Virus record (IMG/VR): IMGVR_UViG_2875455138_000005
Coordinates: 1 to 64,000 of that record
Length of the DNA: 64,000 nt
Reading direction: 5' to 3' (one strand)
Source of the DNA: an uncultured virus (IMG/VR IMGVR_UViG_2875455138_000005)
Taxonomy: Duplodnaviria; Heunggongvirae; Uroviricota; Caudoviricetes
Shown here: positions 20,237 through 28,813 of the stretch, one piece after another
Position numbering within the stretch: the first letter of the stretch is position 1
How the letters are laid out: each line of letters begins with the position of its first letter
Program-made: the position numbers and the translations under genes
Notes under the pieces: generated by a model
The model's input: the letters and a program-made list of their open reading frames with translations, nothing else
The model's database searches: none
What the model was told of the DNA's origin: nothing

Positions 20237-20449
20237 TTGATTAAATCAAATTTAAAGCCGATATTAGACGAAAGGAATATCAGTATTCGAAAGCTGTCCA
20301 ATGATATTGATCATGGTTTTAACACAGTTAGGAAGCTTTATCACGATGAAATGGAGCGGTACCCAAGGGATCTGTTGGATAAAGTCTGTACCTATTTAAA
20401 TATCGAGTTGCATGAGCTGCTGACATACAAAAGGGATCAAAATGCTTAA
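20237..20449 (+). CDS. yopB: Xre/Cro HTH regulator
   Basis: [20 protein letters not shown]...[19 protein letters not shown] pattern. Confidence 0.7.
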   Translation: MIKSNLKPILDERNISIRKLSNDIDHGFNTVRKLYHDEMERYPRDLLDKVCTYLNIELHELLTYKRDQNA

Positions 20450-20507
20450 ATGTTTCTAGTGTGTCGTCTTAAACATTCCTCATTAAAATATAAAGGGAGA
20501 TTCTGAA

Positions 20508-20735
20508 ATGATTGAATTCAAATTAAAGCAACTAGCTGAAGAAAAAGGAATAAGCGGTATAAGGGAACTATCTAGGATTCTCGAACACGATTATAAAAGT
20601 GTTCGGTTGATGTGGCTGGGTGAAATAAAGCGGGTTCCAACAGATCTAATTGAAAAAGTGTGCTCCTATTTTGACGTCACAATTAATGAACTGATGGAAT
20701 TTAAAAAAGATGAAAATAATAGAAAAAAGCGTTGA
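20508..20735 (+). CDS. Xre/Cro HTH regulator (paralogue of the upstream gene)
   Basis: LKQLAEEKGISGIRELS...IEKVCSYFDVTINELM. Confidence 0.8.
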   Translation: MIEFKLKQLAEEKGISGIRELSRILEHDYKSVRLMWLGEIKRVPTDLIEKVCSYFDVTINELMEFKKDENNRKKR

Positions 20736-20792
20736 TCCGTTTTAGGGATCATGATATACTAAAGTTACAAGTTAAGGAAACAATAAAAAACA

Positions 20793-21029
20793 ATGGAAAA
20801 GAGAGTGAAGAGAATGAATAATTTAGAACAACATTTAAAAGAGCAAACGGATGCCTTTCTGGCAGATTGCTTTAATGAATTAAAACAGTGGCGGGAATCT
20901 GGTGTCTTAGAGCAAGGGAAGGTTAGAAATTTACATGATACTTTTAATTCGAATATCACTCAACTACATATGATTAGTGAAGTAATTTACAGGGAGATAG
21001 CATCAAGATTCGTTGAAAGAATCAAGTGA
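20793..21029 (+). CDS. Hypothetical protein
   Basis: ORF downstream of a promoter. Confidence 0.6.
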   Translation: MEKRVKRMNNLEQHLKEQTDAFLADCFNELKQWRESGVLEQGKVRNLHDTFNSNITQLHMISEVIYREIASRFVERIK

Positions 21030-21149
21030 AACTAGAGAATAAACTAACTCAGAACTTACAAAGGCCTGCAACTTATACATGAATGGAGGAAGAATTACAG
21101 GCGACTTTTTAAAAGCAGTATATTTCACAGGGAAAAGGGGAGAGAAAAC

Positions 21150-21341
21150 ATGAAGGATTATTCAGTAAAGTTCTACGATCAGGACTATATGCTTTTATCC
21201 GATATAATTAAAGCCGAAAGTTTAGAAGACTTAAAAATGAGTGCGGAAAGTAAAGCGAAAACCGTGATGGATGAGAATGGAGTTAATGAGATCACTTGGA
21301 CAGCAAGTGAGGTTGTACTTAAAGGGAAGGTTATGGAGTAG
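21150..21341 (+). CDS. Hypothetical protein
   Basis: ORF with AAGGGGAG RBS. Confidence 0.6.
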   Translation: MKDYSVKFYDQDYMLLSDIIKAESLEDLKMSAESKAKTVMDENGVNEITWTASEVVLKGKVME

Positions 21342-21372
21342 GAATACAAACTTAATTAGAGGAGGAAAGACC

Positions 21373-21750
21373 ATGATAAAACAAGAAGAAATCATCTTAA
21401 TGGAAGCACTTCTAAGAGATGTAAGGGGTAACTGGTCAGATGAAATCATCTCCAGGTTGACAGAGACAAACCGGATTGCGAAGAGGTACAATTTTGAAGC
21501 AATAGAGGAAGAAACTCGTGCAATTATAGATTCAGAAAAGGTAGGAAAAAATAAGAATTTTGATGGGAGATGTTTTATATCAGACTATAAATCAGGCGGT
21601 TATGAAGGCTTGAGCGAATTTTATGGAGGAGACGGCAATTTTAAATTGAAGGCCAAATCAAAAGAATTTTTGCAAAAAGTGGATGAACTGATGACAAATG
21701 ACTGGCTTATCTTTCCGGATTTTGACGAATACAATAAATGCAATGTTTAA
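21373..21750 (+). CDS. Hypothetical protein
   Basis: GGAGG RBS before ATG at 21373. Confidence 0.65.
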   Translation: MIKQEEIILMEALLRDVRGNWSDEIISRLTETNRIAKRYNFEAIEEETRAIIDSEKVGKNKNFDGRCFISDYKSGGYEGLSEFYGGDGNFKLKAKSKEFLQKVDELMTNDWLIFPDFDEYNKCNV

Positions 21751-21787
21751 ATAAAATCGTACTTTCATAAAGAATAGGAGAAAAGAG

Positions 21788-22102
21788 ATGTTGCCGACTT
21801 CTTTAAAAACAAAAGTTCAGCGAATCTTATTACAAGGTAGCTTTAAAAAATCTGAGAGCTCTAAAAGCAGAGTAAAAGGACTAAGCAATATTTCTGCGGG
21901 TTTTACTTTTGCCAAGACGTTTGACGACGATTACTGCCTCTATTATACAGCCGGTAATATGGCTTTCCGGGGAATGCCTAACGAAGAAAAGGATAATCAA
22001 ACAGAAAAAATGTATCAGTTCTTATTGGATCAGGGTCTTCAAAAAAATATTGAATTGACAAAGTTTAGAAATCAAAAAGCAATCTTGTTGAAAGTGGAAT
22101 AA
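21788..22102 (+). CDS. Hypothetical protein
   Basis: AGGAG RBS. Confidence 0.65.
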   Translation: MLPTSLKTKVQRILLQGSFKKSESSKSRVKGLSNISAGFTFAKTFDDDYCLYYTAGNMAFRGMPNEEKDNQTEKMYQFLLDQGLQKNIELTKFRNQKAILLKVE

Positions 22103-22162
22103 TTGCGAGACACTTTGAGGAACAGTATAAAATTGCACTTTACAACAAAGGGAGTGATGAAA

Positions 22163-22552
22163 ATGAGAGAGGAAATTCAAGTGTTACTTGAGGAAATTCA
22201 AGAATTAGAAATGGCTTTAAGCAAGTCCGATAATAATACTGTTTCAGCTGTTCTCCAAGAGGCAATCGATAAAAGACGTAATGAAATTGGCGAGCTAAAG
22301 CCAAATGGGTACGTCATAGCAGACGTAGTCCTTAAAGACGGTACCGAGTTAAAACGGTGCTTAGTTTTTACTGTAACAGATCGAATGGGGTCACAAGCTG
22401 TAACTGAATTAGTTGAAGCAAGAGAAATCTTCGAAAAAGATAAAGCGGTTTATTTGCAACAGGAATATGAGGATGGAAACTTTGCAGGGGATATAGGAGT
22501 ACACGAAATAGCAACATACAACCTTGAATATGAAAATGGTGTCAATGAATAA
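22163..22552 (+). CDS. Acidic hypothetical protein
   Basis: GGGAGTG RBS before MREEIQ. Confidence 0.65.
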   Translation: MREEIQVLLEEIQELEMALSKSDNNTVSAVLQEAIDKRRNEIGELKPNGYVIADVVLKDGTELKRCLVFTVTDRMGSQAVTELVEAREIFEKDKAVYLQQEYEDGNFAGDIGVHEIATYNLEYENGVNE

Positions 22553-22581
22553 AAAATCTTTAACCTAGATAGAGGTGCAAT

Positions 22582-22857
22582 ATGCAACTAATCAATGACA
22601 CAATTATTCTAACTAAAGAAATGAAGGATATTTTAGGTGATGTGGTGGAATATGCATACATAAAAATGCCTTCCTGGTCAAGTAAGCAAGATTTTGAAGA
22701 AGTCTACTCAGAGATGTTGGGACAAAAGGCAAGAATAGAGCCCGTTGATTCCTACCCGATTTTCGTTAAACTAACAAACAGCAAAACATTTACACTTTGG
22801 TCATCTGAGTGGGGCGGAATAAGATCTGAAACGGAAAAAGGATACTTAAACGAGTAA
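22582..22857 (+). CDS. Hypothetical protein
   Basis: GAGGTG RBS. Confidence 0.6.
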   Translation: MQLINDTIILTKEMKDILGDVVEYAYIKMPSWSSKQDFEEVYSEMLGQKARIEPVDSYPIFVKLTNSKTFTLWSSEWGGIRSETEKGYLNE

Positions 22858-22968
22858 AACAATTAAGTTAAAATCATTCTTTTATGTGGAACTAAGACAA
22901 CTGTGGACGAAAAACAATCATCAGAACATGAAAAGGTGTTTAAAACGCAGATATGAAGGAGTGAATTA

Positions 22969-23520
22969 ATGAACCAGCTTACAGATACAACTAATAATAT
23001 TTGGAGGGTAATCAATAGACATAAGAGATTGATAATCGCTATTGTTGTAATCGCTACTGTTGGGTACCTCGTGTTTGGCAGAAGCTCAGGATTAACACAG
23101 GAGAAGTTTCAAGATAAAATATACAAAGTTTCAAACGGAGTTATTGATATTAATGATTCGAAAATTGAGAAGGTTAATGATGGGTCATCTGTCTATATGG
23201 CCAAATGGAATGGTTTCACAATTACGGCATCTGTAGATAGTAAAGACCGTATTATTTTTCCTTATGGTGTTATTGGCCTTCCTTCAAATCAAATGGATGA
23301 AATTTCCTTGGGGCAATACCAAGAAATAATGAAAGCATTAAGTAGTGTAGCAGATTCAAAACTTTCTGATGAAGATAAGGAACGGTTAATTTTAAATGAA
23401 TTGAATTTTAATAATGTAATTGAGACAGGAACAAAACATTCCACCTCTAAAAATGGAATAAAGTATGAATTGATTGGCACAGAGGGTGCCTTATTATTTA
23501 TGCTTGGCAATAAGAAATAA
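22969..23520 (+). CDS. Membrane-anchored protein with a soluble C-terminal domain
   Basis: Single TM LIIAIVVIATVGYLVF after a basic N-terminus. Confidence 0.7.
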   Translation: MNQLTDTTNNIWRVINRHKRLIIAIVVIATVGYLVFGRSSGLTQEKFQDKIYKVSNGVIDINDSKIEKVNDGSSVYMAKWNGFTITASVDSKDRIIFPYGVIGLPSNQMDEISLGQYQEIMKALSSVADSKLSDEDKERLILNELNFNNVIETGTKHSTSKNGIKYELIGTEGALLFMLGNKK

Positions 23521-23562
23521 TTGTGAAAAATCATAAATGCACAATGAGGGAGAGGATGACTT

Positions 23563-23790
23563 ATGGCAGCCAAAATGATAACTGTCTGGTACAAATACGA
23601 TGATAAAGGTAGCAAAGCCAAACTAAATCATATTGAAGATGGATGGGTGAATGAAGAATATCCAAAGCCAATAGATCCGTCATTCACAAATCAAGAAGCA
23701 TGGAAGAAAAGTGATTGGGAAAGGAAACATGCTTATTTAGATGGACAACATCGAGTATTGAGCGTTCCACCAGCAAATTGGATTAAATAA
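23563..23790 (+). CDS. Hypothetical protein
   Basis: GGAGAGG RBS. Confidence 0.65.
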   Translation: MAAKMITVWYKYDDKGSKAKLNHIEDGWVNEEYPKPIDPSFTNQEAWKKSDWERKHAYLDGQHRVLSVPPANWIK

Positions 23791-23808
23791 TGAACCAGCA
23801 GGGGGAGT

Positions 23809-24039
23809 ATGCAAATGATCAAGGTTTATACAAGAGGTCATAAGATACCAGAAAAGATTAAGTCTTGCATCTCTGAATGGAATTATTGGTCTTGGATTGT
23901 AGTTTCCAATACTGCAAAGAGGAACAAGGATGCGAAACGACTAATAGAGAAGATTGAAGCTGATCCAGACAGGATTGCAGAATATAAAACTGAAGACGGA
24001 ATTGAAGTATATGTAAGCTACATGGATCCAGTGAAATAA
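23809..24039 (+). CDS. Hypothetical protein
   Basis: GGGGGAG RBS. Confidence 0.6.
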   Translation: MQMIKVYTRGHKIPEKIKSCISEWNYWSWIVVSNTAKRNKDAKRLIEKIEADPDRIAEYKTEDGIEVYVSYMDPVK

Positions 24040-24052
24040 AAAGAGCATTAAA

Positions 24053-24235
24053 CTAAATGCTCTTCTTCATACCACACCTACGACACTCACGTAAAAACAC
24101 ACCACTTTTCACTGAACTCTTGAACAAAGCGTAATCACAGTTGTCACAGCGTCCATATTTAACATCGGGATACTCCTTATAATCATACACAACTGTTACA
24201 TCGTAGCCATTCGTCTCAAAATCTTTCTTTTCCAT
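24053..24235 (-). CDS. Small Zn-ribbon protein
   Basis: CDNC...CRRC; GTAGGTG RBS. Confidence 0.65.
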   Translation of the reverse strand: MEKKDFETNGYDVTVVYDYKEYPDVKYGRCDNCDYALFKSSVKSGVFLRECRRCGMKKSI

Positions 24236-24305
24236 TAAATTTCACCTACACAAAGTATTTAACACTACTATAATACCAGACGATGTATATAAGGAGGGCT
24301 TTAAT

Positions 24306-24557
24306 TTGATTGGAATAGCATATTTCTTAATAGTCTGGCTTGGTGTAGGCTTTCTGACAGGATTTAAGGCCTTATTTGTTGATCAGGTTTATGATGAAGA
24401 GTTTAAGCAGGAACTGATTGATTCATTTTCACCAGGTATGGAGCAGAATTTGATTGAACTGTTCTTTAAAAATAAAATAAATATCATGGTGTTTTACATA
24501 CTGATTGGATTGCTGCCACTGGCCATAAAAATTGCTGGTCTGCTGAAGAGGAGTTAG
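24306..24557 (+). CDS. yopE: Two-TM membrane protein
   Basis: 83 aa, two hydrophobic segments; synteny. Confidence 0.6.
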   Translation: MIGIAYFLIVWLGVGFLTGFKALFVDQVYDEEFKQELIDSFSPGMEQNLIELFFKNKINIMVFYILIGLLPLAIKIAGLLKRS

Positions 24558-24559
24558 CT

Positions 24560-24775
24560 ATGCCGGTTATCGATAACTTTTTTGTTATTCAATTTGAAAA
24601 TGATGATTACTTCAAGTCATTTAAATTAGATGGAAGTGGTTATAAGACATCTAAGGGGCTTCATGGCGCTTCTAAGTTCACTACAATGTCAGAAGCTTTA
24701 GTGATCGCAAATGAGCTACATACGGAGTTTAAAGCCACTTCTGCCATAAGGCAAATTGAAGTTATTACTAGGTGA
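24560..24775 (+). CDS. yopF: Hypothetical protein
   Basis: 71 aa; synteny. Confidence 0.55.
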   Translation: MPVIDNFFVIQFENDDYFKSFKLDGSGYKTSKGLHGASKFTTMSEALVIANELHTEFKATSAIRQIEVITR

Positions 24776-24786
24776 GGAGTGTTCAG

Positions 24787-24918
24787 GTGTACTGGATTGA
24801 ATGGATTGAGGATGGAGAGAAAAAAAGCATTGTTGCGGATGGATGGATTGAATGGGCCACAATCCTGGAAGACCTTTATCAGCAGCGATTTGAATATGTT
24901 GAATGGAATACCTTGTGA
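24787..24918 (+). CDS. yopG: 43-aa Trp-rich protein (missing from ORF track)
   Basis: GAGGAG RBS; MYWIEWIEDGEKKSIVADGWIEWATILEDLYQQRFEYVEWNTL; synteny. Confidence 0.6.
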   Translation: MYWIEWIEDGEKKSIVADGWIEWATILEDLYQQRFEYVEWNTL

Positions 24919-24960
24919 ACGGATGAAATTAACTCGTATTCAAGAAAGGAAGGTTAGATT

Positions 24961-25167
24961 TTGATTGACTTTTTATATAATAATATTCAGTGGATTTTTA
25001 GCGGTGTCGGTCTACCTATTGTAGGTTGGATATGCTTAAAGTGGAAGAAAACAAAAAAGGAAGACATTCATGATACAAAATATAATCAACAAGGCGGGGA
25101 CAATTCAGTTAATATTCAAGGGTGTAATGTAGAAATAAATGATTTTAAAAACAAGGGTGATAAATAG
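24961..25167 (+). CDS. Small single-TM protein with C-terminal QQGGDNSVNIQG motif
   Basis: WIFSGVGLPIVGWICL TM helix, basic linker, N/Q/G-rich tail. Confidence 0.7.
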   Translation: MIDFLYNNIQWIFSGVGLPIVGWICLKWKKTKKEDIHDTKYNQQGGDNSVNIQGCNVEINDFKNKGDK

Positions 25168-26217
25168 ATGAAAAAGACTTGCTCGCAAAGTGGAGGAGAT
25201 CACTCCGTCAATATCCAAGGAGAGACTGTACATGTAACGGGGCTATCATATGGAGATGCAAAACAAATATGTAACGATATTTTCAAAGAAAATTTTTATA
25301 AGCTTTCTCAAGAAGCTAATAAGATTGCTACAGAAAGAGCAAATACTTTAATTGAAGGTTTTCTAGAACAATTTTCTAAGAATCCCAATTTACCTAATCG
25401 GTTTTCTGATCCTGACTTGCAATATATAATTTATGTAGCACAAAGGGATTTTGTAAGGTCTGGCGAAAAATATCTATACCAGATGTTAAAAGAATTATTA
25501 GTTGAACGGACTAAAGAAAAGGATAGATCGTTTAAACAGGTAGTTCTCAATGAAGCAATAGAAGTTTCTTCTAAGCTAAATACTGAACACATTAATTTAC
25601 TAAGTCTGCACTTCCTTTTATCTGAAGTAACTTTTCCGTGCCAAACAATAGGAGAATTAAATTGTTTGTTAAATAAATATGCAGTGCCGTTTCTGCCAAA
25701 AAAAATCCCTTCATTAAACCAGATGATGCATTTAGAGTATTGTAAATGCGAGAACTTAACAAAAGGTCAAAATGAGCATTTTTCTTATTTGATTCACATG
25801 GCATACGGTGGGATATTTCAAGCTGGTTTTGATCTTGAGCACTATCTTAAGACATTTCCTTATCTAGATTCAAATATCCTAAAAGAAATGGTTACGCCTC
25901 TTTCAGACGAAAATAATTTATATAAGTTCAATGTTCAGGGATTTTTTCATTTATTAGATAAAATTGAAATTTTGGGTTCAGTGTTTATTCAGCATCAAAG
26001 TAAGATTATTGATTTTTATAAAAACCATCTTAAATCAGAAAATGAAATAAGTTTGGCTATAAGCAGATATGAAAGTATCCGTAAAGTAAATGAAATATGG
26101 GACAGAACTACTCTTCCTGAGTTTAGAATGACCTCCGTTGGAAAGGTTATTGCTATTACTAATCTTAATCAAAATACAGATTTAGATATTAAATTAGAAG
26201 AAGCCTTAGCTAAATAA
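25168..26217 (+). CDS. Uncharacterised protein with N-terminal QSGGDHSVNIQG motif (resembles the LPO_1073/Vpar_1526 family)
   Basis: GLSY.DAKQI...F..NF..L..EA...A.ER...DPD.Q...L..LL.ER pattern recalled for that family. Confidence 0.6.
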   Translation: MKKTCSQSGGDHSVNIQGETVHVTGLSYGDAKQICNDIFKENFYKLSQEANKIATERANTLIEGFLEQFSKNPNLPNRFSDPDLQYIIYVAQRDFVRSGEKYLYQMLKELLVERTKEKDRSFKQVVLNEAIEVSSKLNTEHINLLSLHFLLSEVTFPCQTIGELNCLLNKYAVPFLPKKIPSLNQMMHLEYCKCENLTKGQNEHFSYLIHMAYGGIFQAGFDLEHYLKTFPYLDSNILKEMVTPLSDENNLYKFNVQGFFHLLDKIEILGSVFIQHQSKIIDFYKNHLKSENEISLAISRYESIRKVNEIWDRTTLPEFRMTSVGKVIAITNLNQNTDLDIKLEEALAK

Positions 26218-26401
26218 AATTACAATAATAAAAGACACAGTTGTGAAGAAAAATTGTGTCTTTATAAAATACGAATTTTAAACAGAGAAGGATTCCTTAA
26301 AAAATAATTAGAATAAAAATAAAATAAATACTTGTAATTCTGACAACTCTAATGTATATTATAAACAAGGGAACATTAGTTGGGAAGGGGTGGAGTAACC
26401 A

Positions 26402-27547
26402 ATGAACCTTAAGCAGATGATTAAGAATGAATGTGAAAAAGACAACCAGCTCGCAGCGAAACTCTCAAAAATAGCAGGGTACGAAAAGGTTAATGGCTTT
26501 TACAAATTCATCAACACCCCAGAGAAAGAAATGGACAACTTAGGCGGTTTAATTAATATTGTTAAAAGCTTGTTTCCTGATAATGAAAAGCAACTTTTGA
26601 GTGATTATTTCTTGTCATTGGATCCCAATAAGAAATGTGCTAGACAATCTGTTGAATATGCAGATTTAAATCAGTGGAATGCATTAACTGATAAAATAAT
26701 TTTAAATTTATGCAATTCAAAAAATGCGACAAGCAAAGAATGGGGTAAGACCTATAATATACATAGAAAGTTAACAGAAAACAAGATATCCTTAACTGAA
26801 GCAATCAGGGAAACTGGAAAATGCAAAACAGCAGAAATGATATTCTTCTCAAATGCAATGTTAATGTATGAATACCTTAAAATCGGTGAATTTGGATTAA
26901 TGAAAAGTACAGCAAAATTGCTGGATTTTCAAGAAATATCAGACGCTTACATAAAAGGCTTGTACACCTCCAGAGTAAGCTTGTTGAAAGCTAATATAAG
27001 CTTCAATGAGAACAATTTAATTGAAGCAAGAAAATATTGTTTATATGCCACTGAAACTACAAACGTGGACAGGATTTGTTTTTTTGCATATTTAACAATC
27101 GGAAATTCTTTTATATTCGAAAATTTTGAAGAGGCTAAGCGGTCTTATATTAATGGTGCTAAGTATGCAAGTAACACAATTCACAAAGAGATGTTAGAAG
27201 GAGCATTATGTTTTCTTGCAAGCTTTTGGGACAAAGAGAATTTTTGGGTGAATTATGAATCACAGAATACTAAATACTTGCAATTGAGGGCATACCATTA
27301 TATACGAAAAGGTGAAGTTGATAAAGCAAATGATATTTTAAATGAGTTATCAATAAGAGAACAAGATGAGAATGAGATGGGATTTTATTTTTATTATAGA
27401 GGTTTAATATCTGTAGATAAATCTGATTTTTATAAATCTATACGCTGTTTCAAAAAATCAGATGACAAATATTCAGTTCAACTGCCCTTGATTGAACTTA
27501 AAAAAATGGGCGCGGACATAGAACTGTTAAGTCTTATTTCAATTTAG
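26402..27547 (+). CDS. aimR: Arbitrium peptide receptor AimR
   Basis: MNLKQMIKNECEKDNQLAAKLSKIAGY N-terminal HTH plus TPR region; followed by an aimP-like gene. Confidence 0.95.
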   Translation: MNLKQMIKNECEKDNQLAAKLSKIAGYEKVNGFYKFINTPEKEMDNLGGLINIVKSLFPDNEKQLLSDYFLSLDPNKKCARQSVEYADLNQWNALTDKIILNLCNSKNATSKEWGKTYNIHRKLTENKISLTEAIRETGKCKTAEMIFFSNAMLMYEYLKIGEFGLMKSTAKLLDFQEISDAYIKGLYTSRVSLLKANISFNENNLIEARKYCLYATETTNVDRICFFAYLTIGNSFIFENFEEAKRSYINGAKYASNTIHKEMLEGALCFLASFWDKENFWVNYESQNTKYLQLRAYHYIRKGEVDKANDILNELSIREQDENEMGFYFYYRGLISVDKSDFYKSIRCFKKSDDKYSVQLPLIELKKMGADIELLSLISI

Positions 27548-27576
27548 AGCGATGCAATTGAAAGGGGGTGAGGTTG

Positions 27577-27708
27577 TTGAAAAAAACGATTTTAGGTGTA
27601 GCTATTATTGCGGCTCTGGCATTATCATTTGTTGCAGGACAAAAATCAGTAAACACTGCAGCTCCAAACGATGAAATTAGTGTAGCAAGCATCATTCGTG
27701 GGGCTTAA
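27577..27708 (+). CDS. aimP: Arbitrium pre-pro-peptide AimP (43 aa), predicted mature SIIRGA (missing from ORF track)
   Basis: TTG start; signal peptide MKKTILGVAIIAALALSFVAG; C-terminus ...SVASIIRGA. Confidence 0.93.
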   Translation: MKKTILGVAIIAALALSFVAGQKSVNTAAPNDEISVASIIRGA

Positions 27709-27742
27709 AAATTCACAACAACGATACTACATAATCAATGGT

Positions 27743-27778
27743 TAGACGTTTGATCCACTGGATCAGGCGTCTTTTCTA
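27743..27778 (+). terminator. Terminator between aimP and aimX
   Basis: AGACGTTTGATCC-ACT-GGATCAGGCGTCT followed by TTT. Confidence 0.8.
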
Positions 27779-27789
27779 ATTTTAAGAGA

Positions 27790-27826
27790 ATGTTCCAGAA
27801 ATTCATAATATAAAAAACAAGAACAT
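27790..27826. promoter_or_regulatory. AimR operator
   Basis: Perfect inverted repeat ATGTTC-N25-GAACAT upstream of aimX; the 6-25-6 layout is typical of AimR boxes. Confidence 0.8.
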
Positions 27827-27838
27827 GGAGGAATTAAA

Positions 27839-27994
27839 ATGAAAAAGCATTTCGGACAATCACTTTCTTATGAGGATATGGCCAAAGGTTACGAAGAAAT
27901 GGCGGCTATTAATCTTGTAATTTCCCAGGAAGACAATCATCTTGAAAATGAAGCAGAAATGATTAGATCAAAATATAAAGCAAAGGTATCCTAA
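27839..27994 (+). CDS. aimX: AimX protein (51 aa; missing from ORF track)
   Basis: MKKHFGQSLSYEDMAKGYEEMAAINLVISQEDNHLENEAE resembles phi3T AimX and the MazE C-terminus. Confidence 0.85.
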   Translation: MKKHFGQSLSYEDMAKGYEEMAAINLVISQEDNHLENEAEMIRSKYKAKVS

Positions 27995-28143
27995 TGAGGA
28001 TTAAAGACAAATCAGCAGACATTTTAACACATACATAGGGGATGTGTTATTTGTCGTGAATAAAAATAAAATAAATTATTGCATATTATTCTAGCAACAT
28101 ATATAATGAAGTTACAAGATGAACGTTGTTGGGAGATGAAATA

Positions 28144-28356
28144 ATGGAAACAACCAGTGCCACTCAAAAGGAAGAGTTGAAGATTACATCATTAAGACAA
28201 TATCAATACATAAAACAACTAAAGAACTTCACACGAGTCAATCTCCACCTAGAGGATCCAGATGTGTTTACACCTAATAATGTAACTACAATGAGAAAAA
28301 ATCATAAAGAATATAACCTCATTAAAGAACAAAAGAATTCTATAAAATGCATTTAA
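28144..28356 (+). CDS. First small gene of the sro (yopM-yopR-like) operon
   Basis: ORF with RBS after a promoter; position. Confidence 0.6.
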   Translation: METTSATQKEELKITSLRQYQYIKQLKNFTRVNLHLEDPDVFTPNNVTTMRKNHKEYNLIKEQKNSIKCI

Positions 28357-28370
28357 GGAGTAAAAATAAA

Positions 28371-28601
28371 ATGAATAATAAATATTATACAGAAGAAAAC
28401 AAGACTAAAGTTTGGAAAAAGCATATGATCGTTTTGAAGTTTCTAGAGCAGCCTGAGATAGCAGTTGCTTATAATGAGTTCTTACGAAGAGAAGCGACAA
28501 GTGATGAATGGGTTGGGTTCGAAGAGGAGTTGTATGAGGAACTGACGGGGATGCCAATTATAAACGTCTGCAAGGATGAGAGGGTAAATGTCCTAAACTG
28601 A
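28371..28601 (+). CDS. phi3T_93/SroB-like lysogeny factor
   Basis: KVWKKHMIVLKFLEQP...DEWVGFE recalled similarity to phi3T_93; position. Confidence 0.6.
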   Translation: MNNKYYTEENKTKVWKKHMIVLKFLEQPEIAVAYNEFLRREATSDEWVGFEEELYEELTGMPIINVCKDERVNVLN

Positions 28602-28639
28602 ATTTTATTATAGAATAAAAATAAATTAGGTGTGATAAA

Positions 28640-28804
28640 ATGAATACGGGCATCTTAATTAACGCTCTTAAAGAATACGACATGTTAAAGCAAATGGAAA
28701 TCTGTAACGCCAATATAATGCTGCTGAGTAATATTCAAGGTGAAACTGAATGGATTGTTGCGTGGAAAGAATTTGATCAATACTTAATGAAAAAAATGAT
28801 ATGA
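28640..28804 (+). CDS. Small sro-operon protein (54 aa; missing from ORF track)
   Basis: AGGTGTG RBS; MNTGILINALKEYDML... Confidence 0.55.
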   Translation: MNTGILINALKEYDMLKQMEICNANIMLLSNIQGETEWIVAWKEFDQYLMKKMI

Positions 28805-28813
28805 GGTGTCATT

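Noticed and set aside
24779..24964. 61-aa ORF in the track
   Set aside because: The overlapping frame 24787-24918 has the properly spaced RBS and a more plausible product.
26335..26376. Second AimR box upstream of aimR (GAACAT half-site)
   Set aside because: No matching ATGTTC half-site 25 bp upstream.
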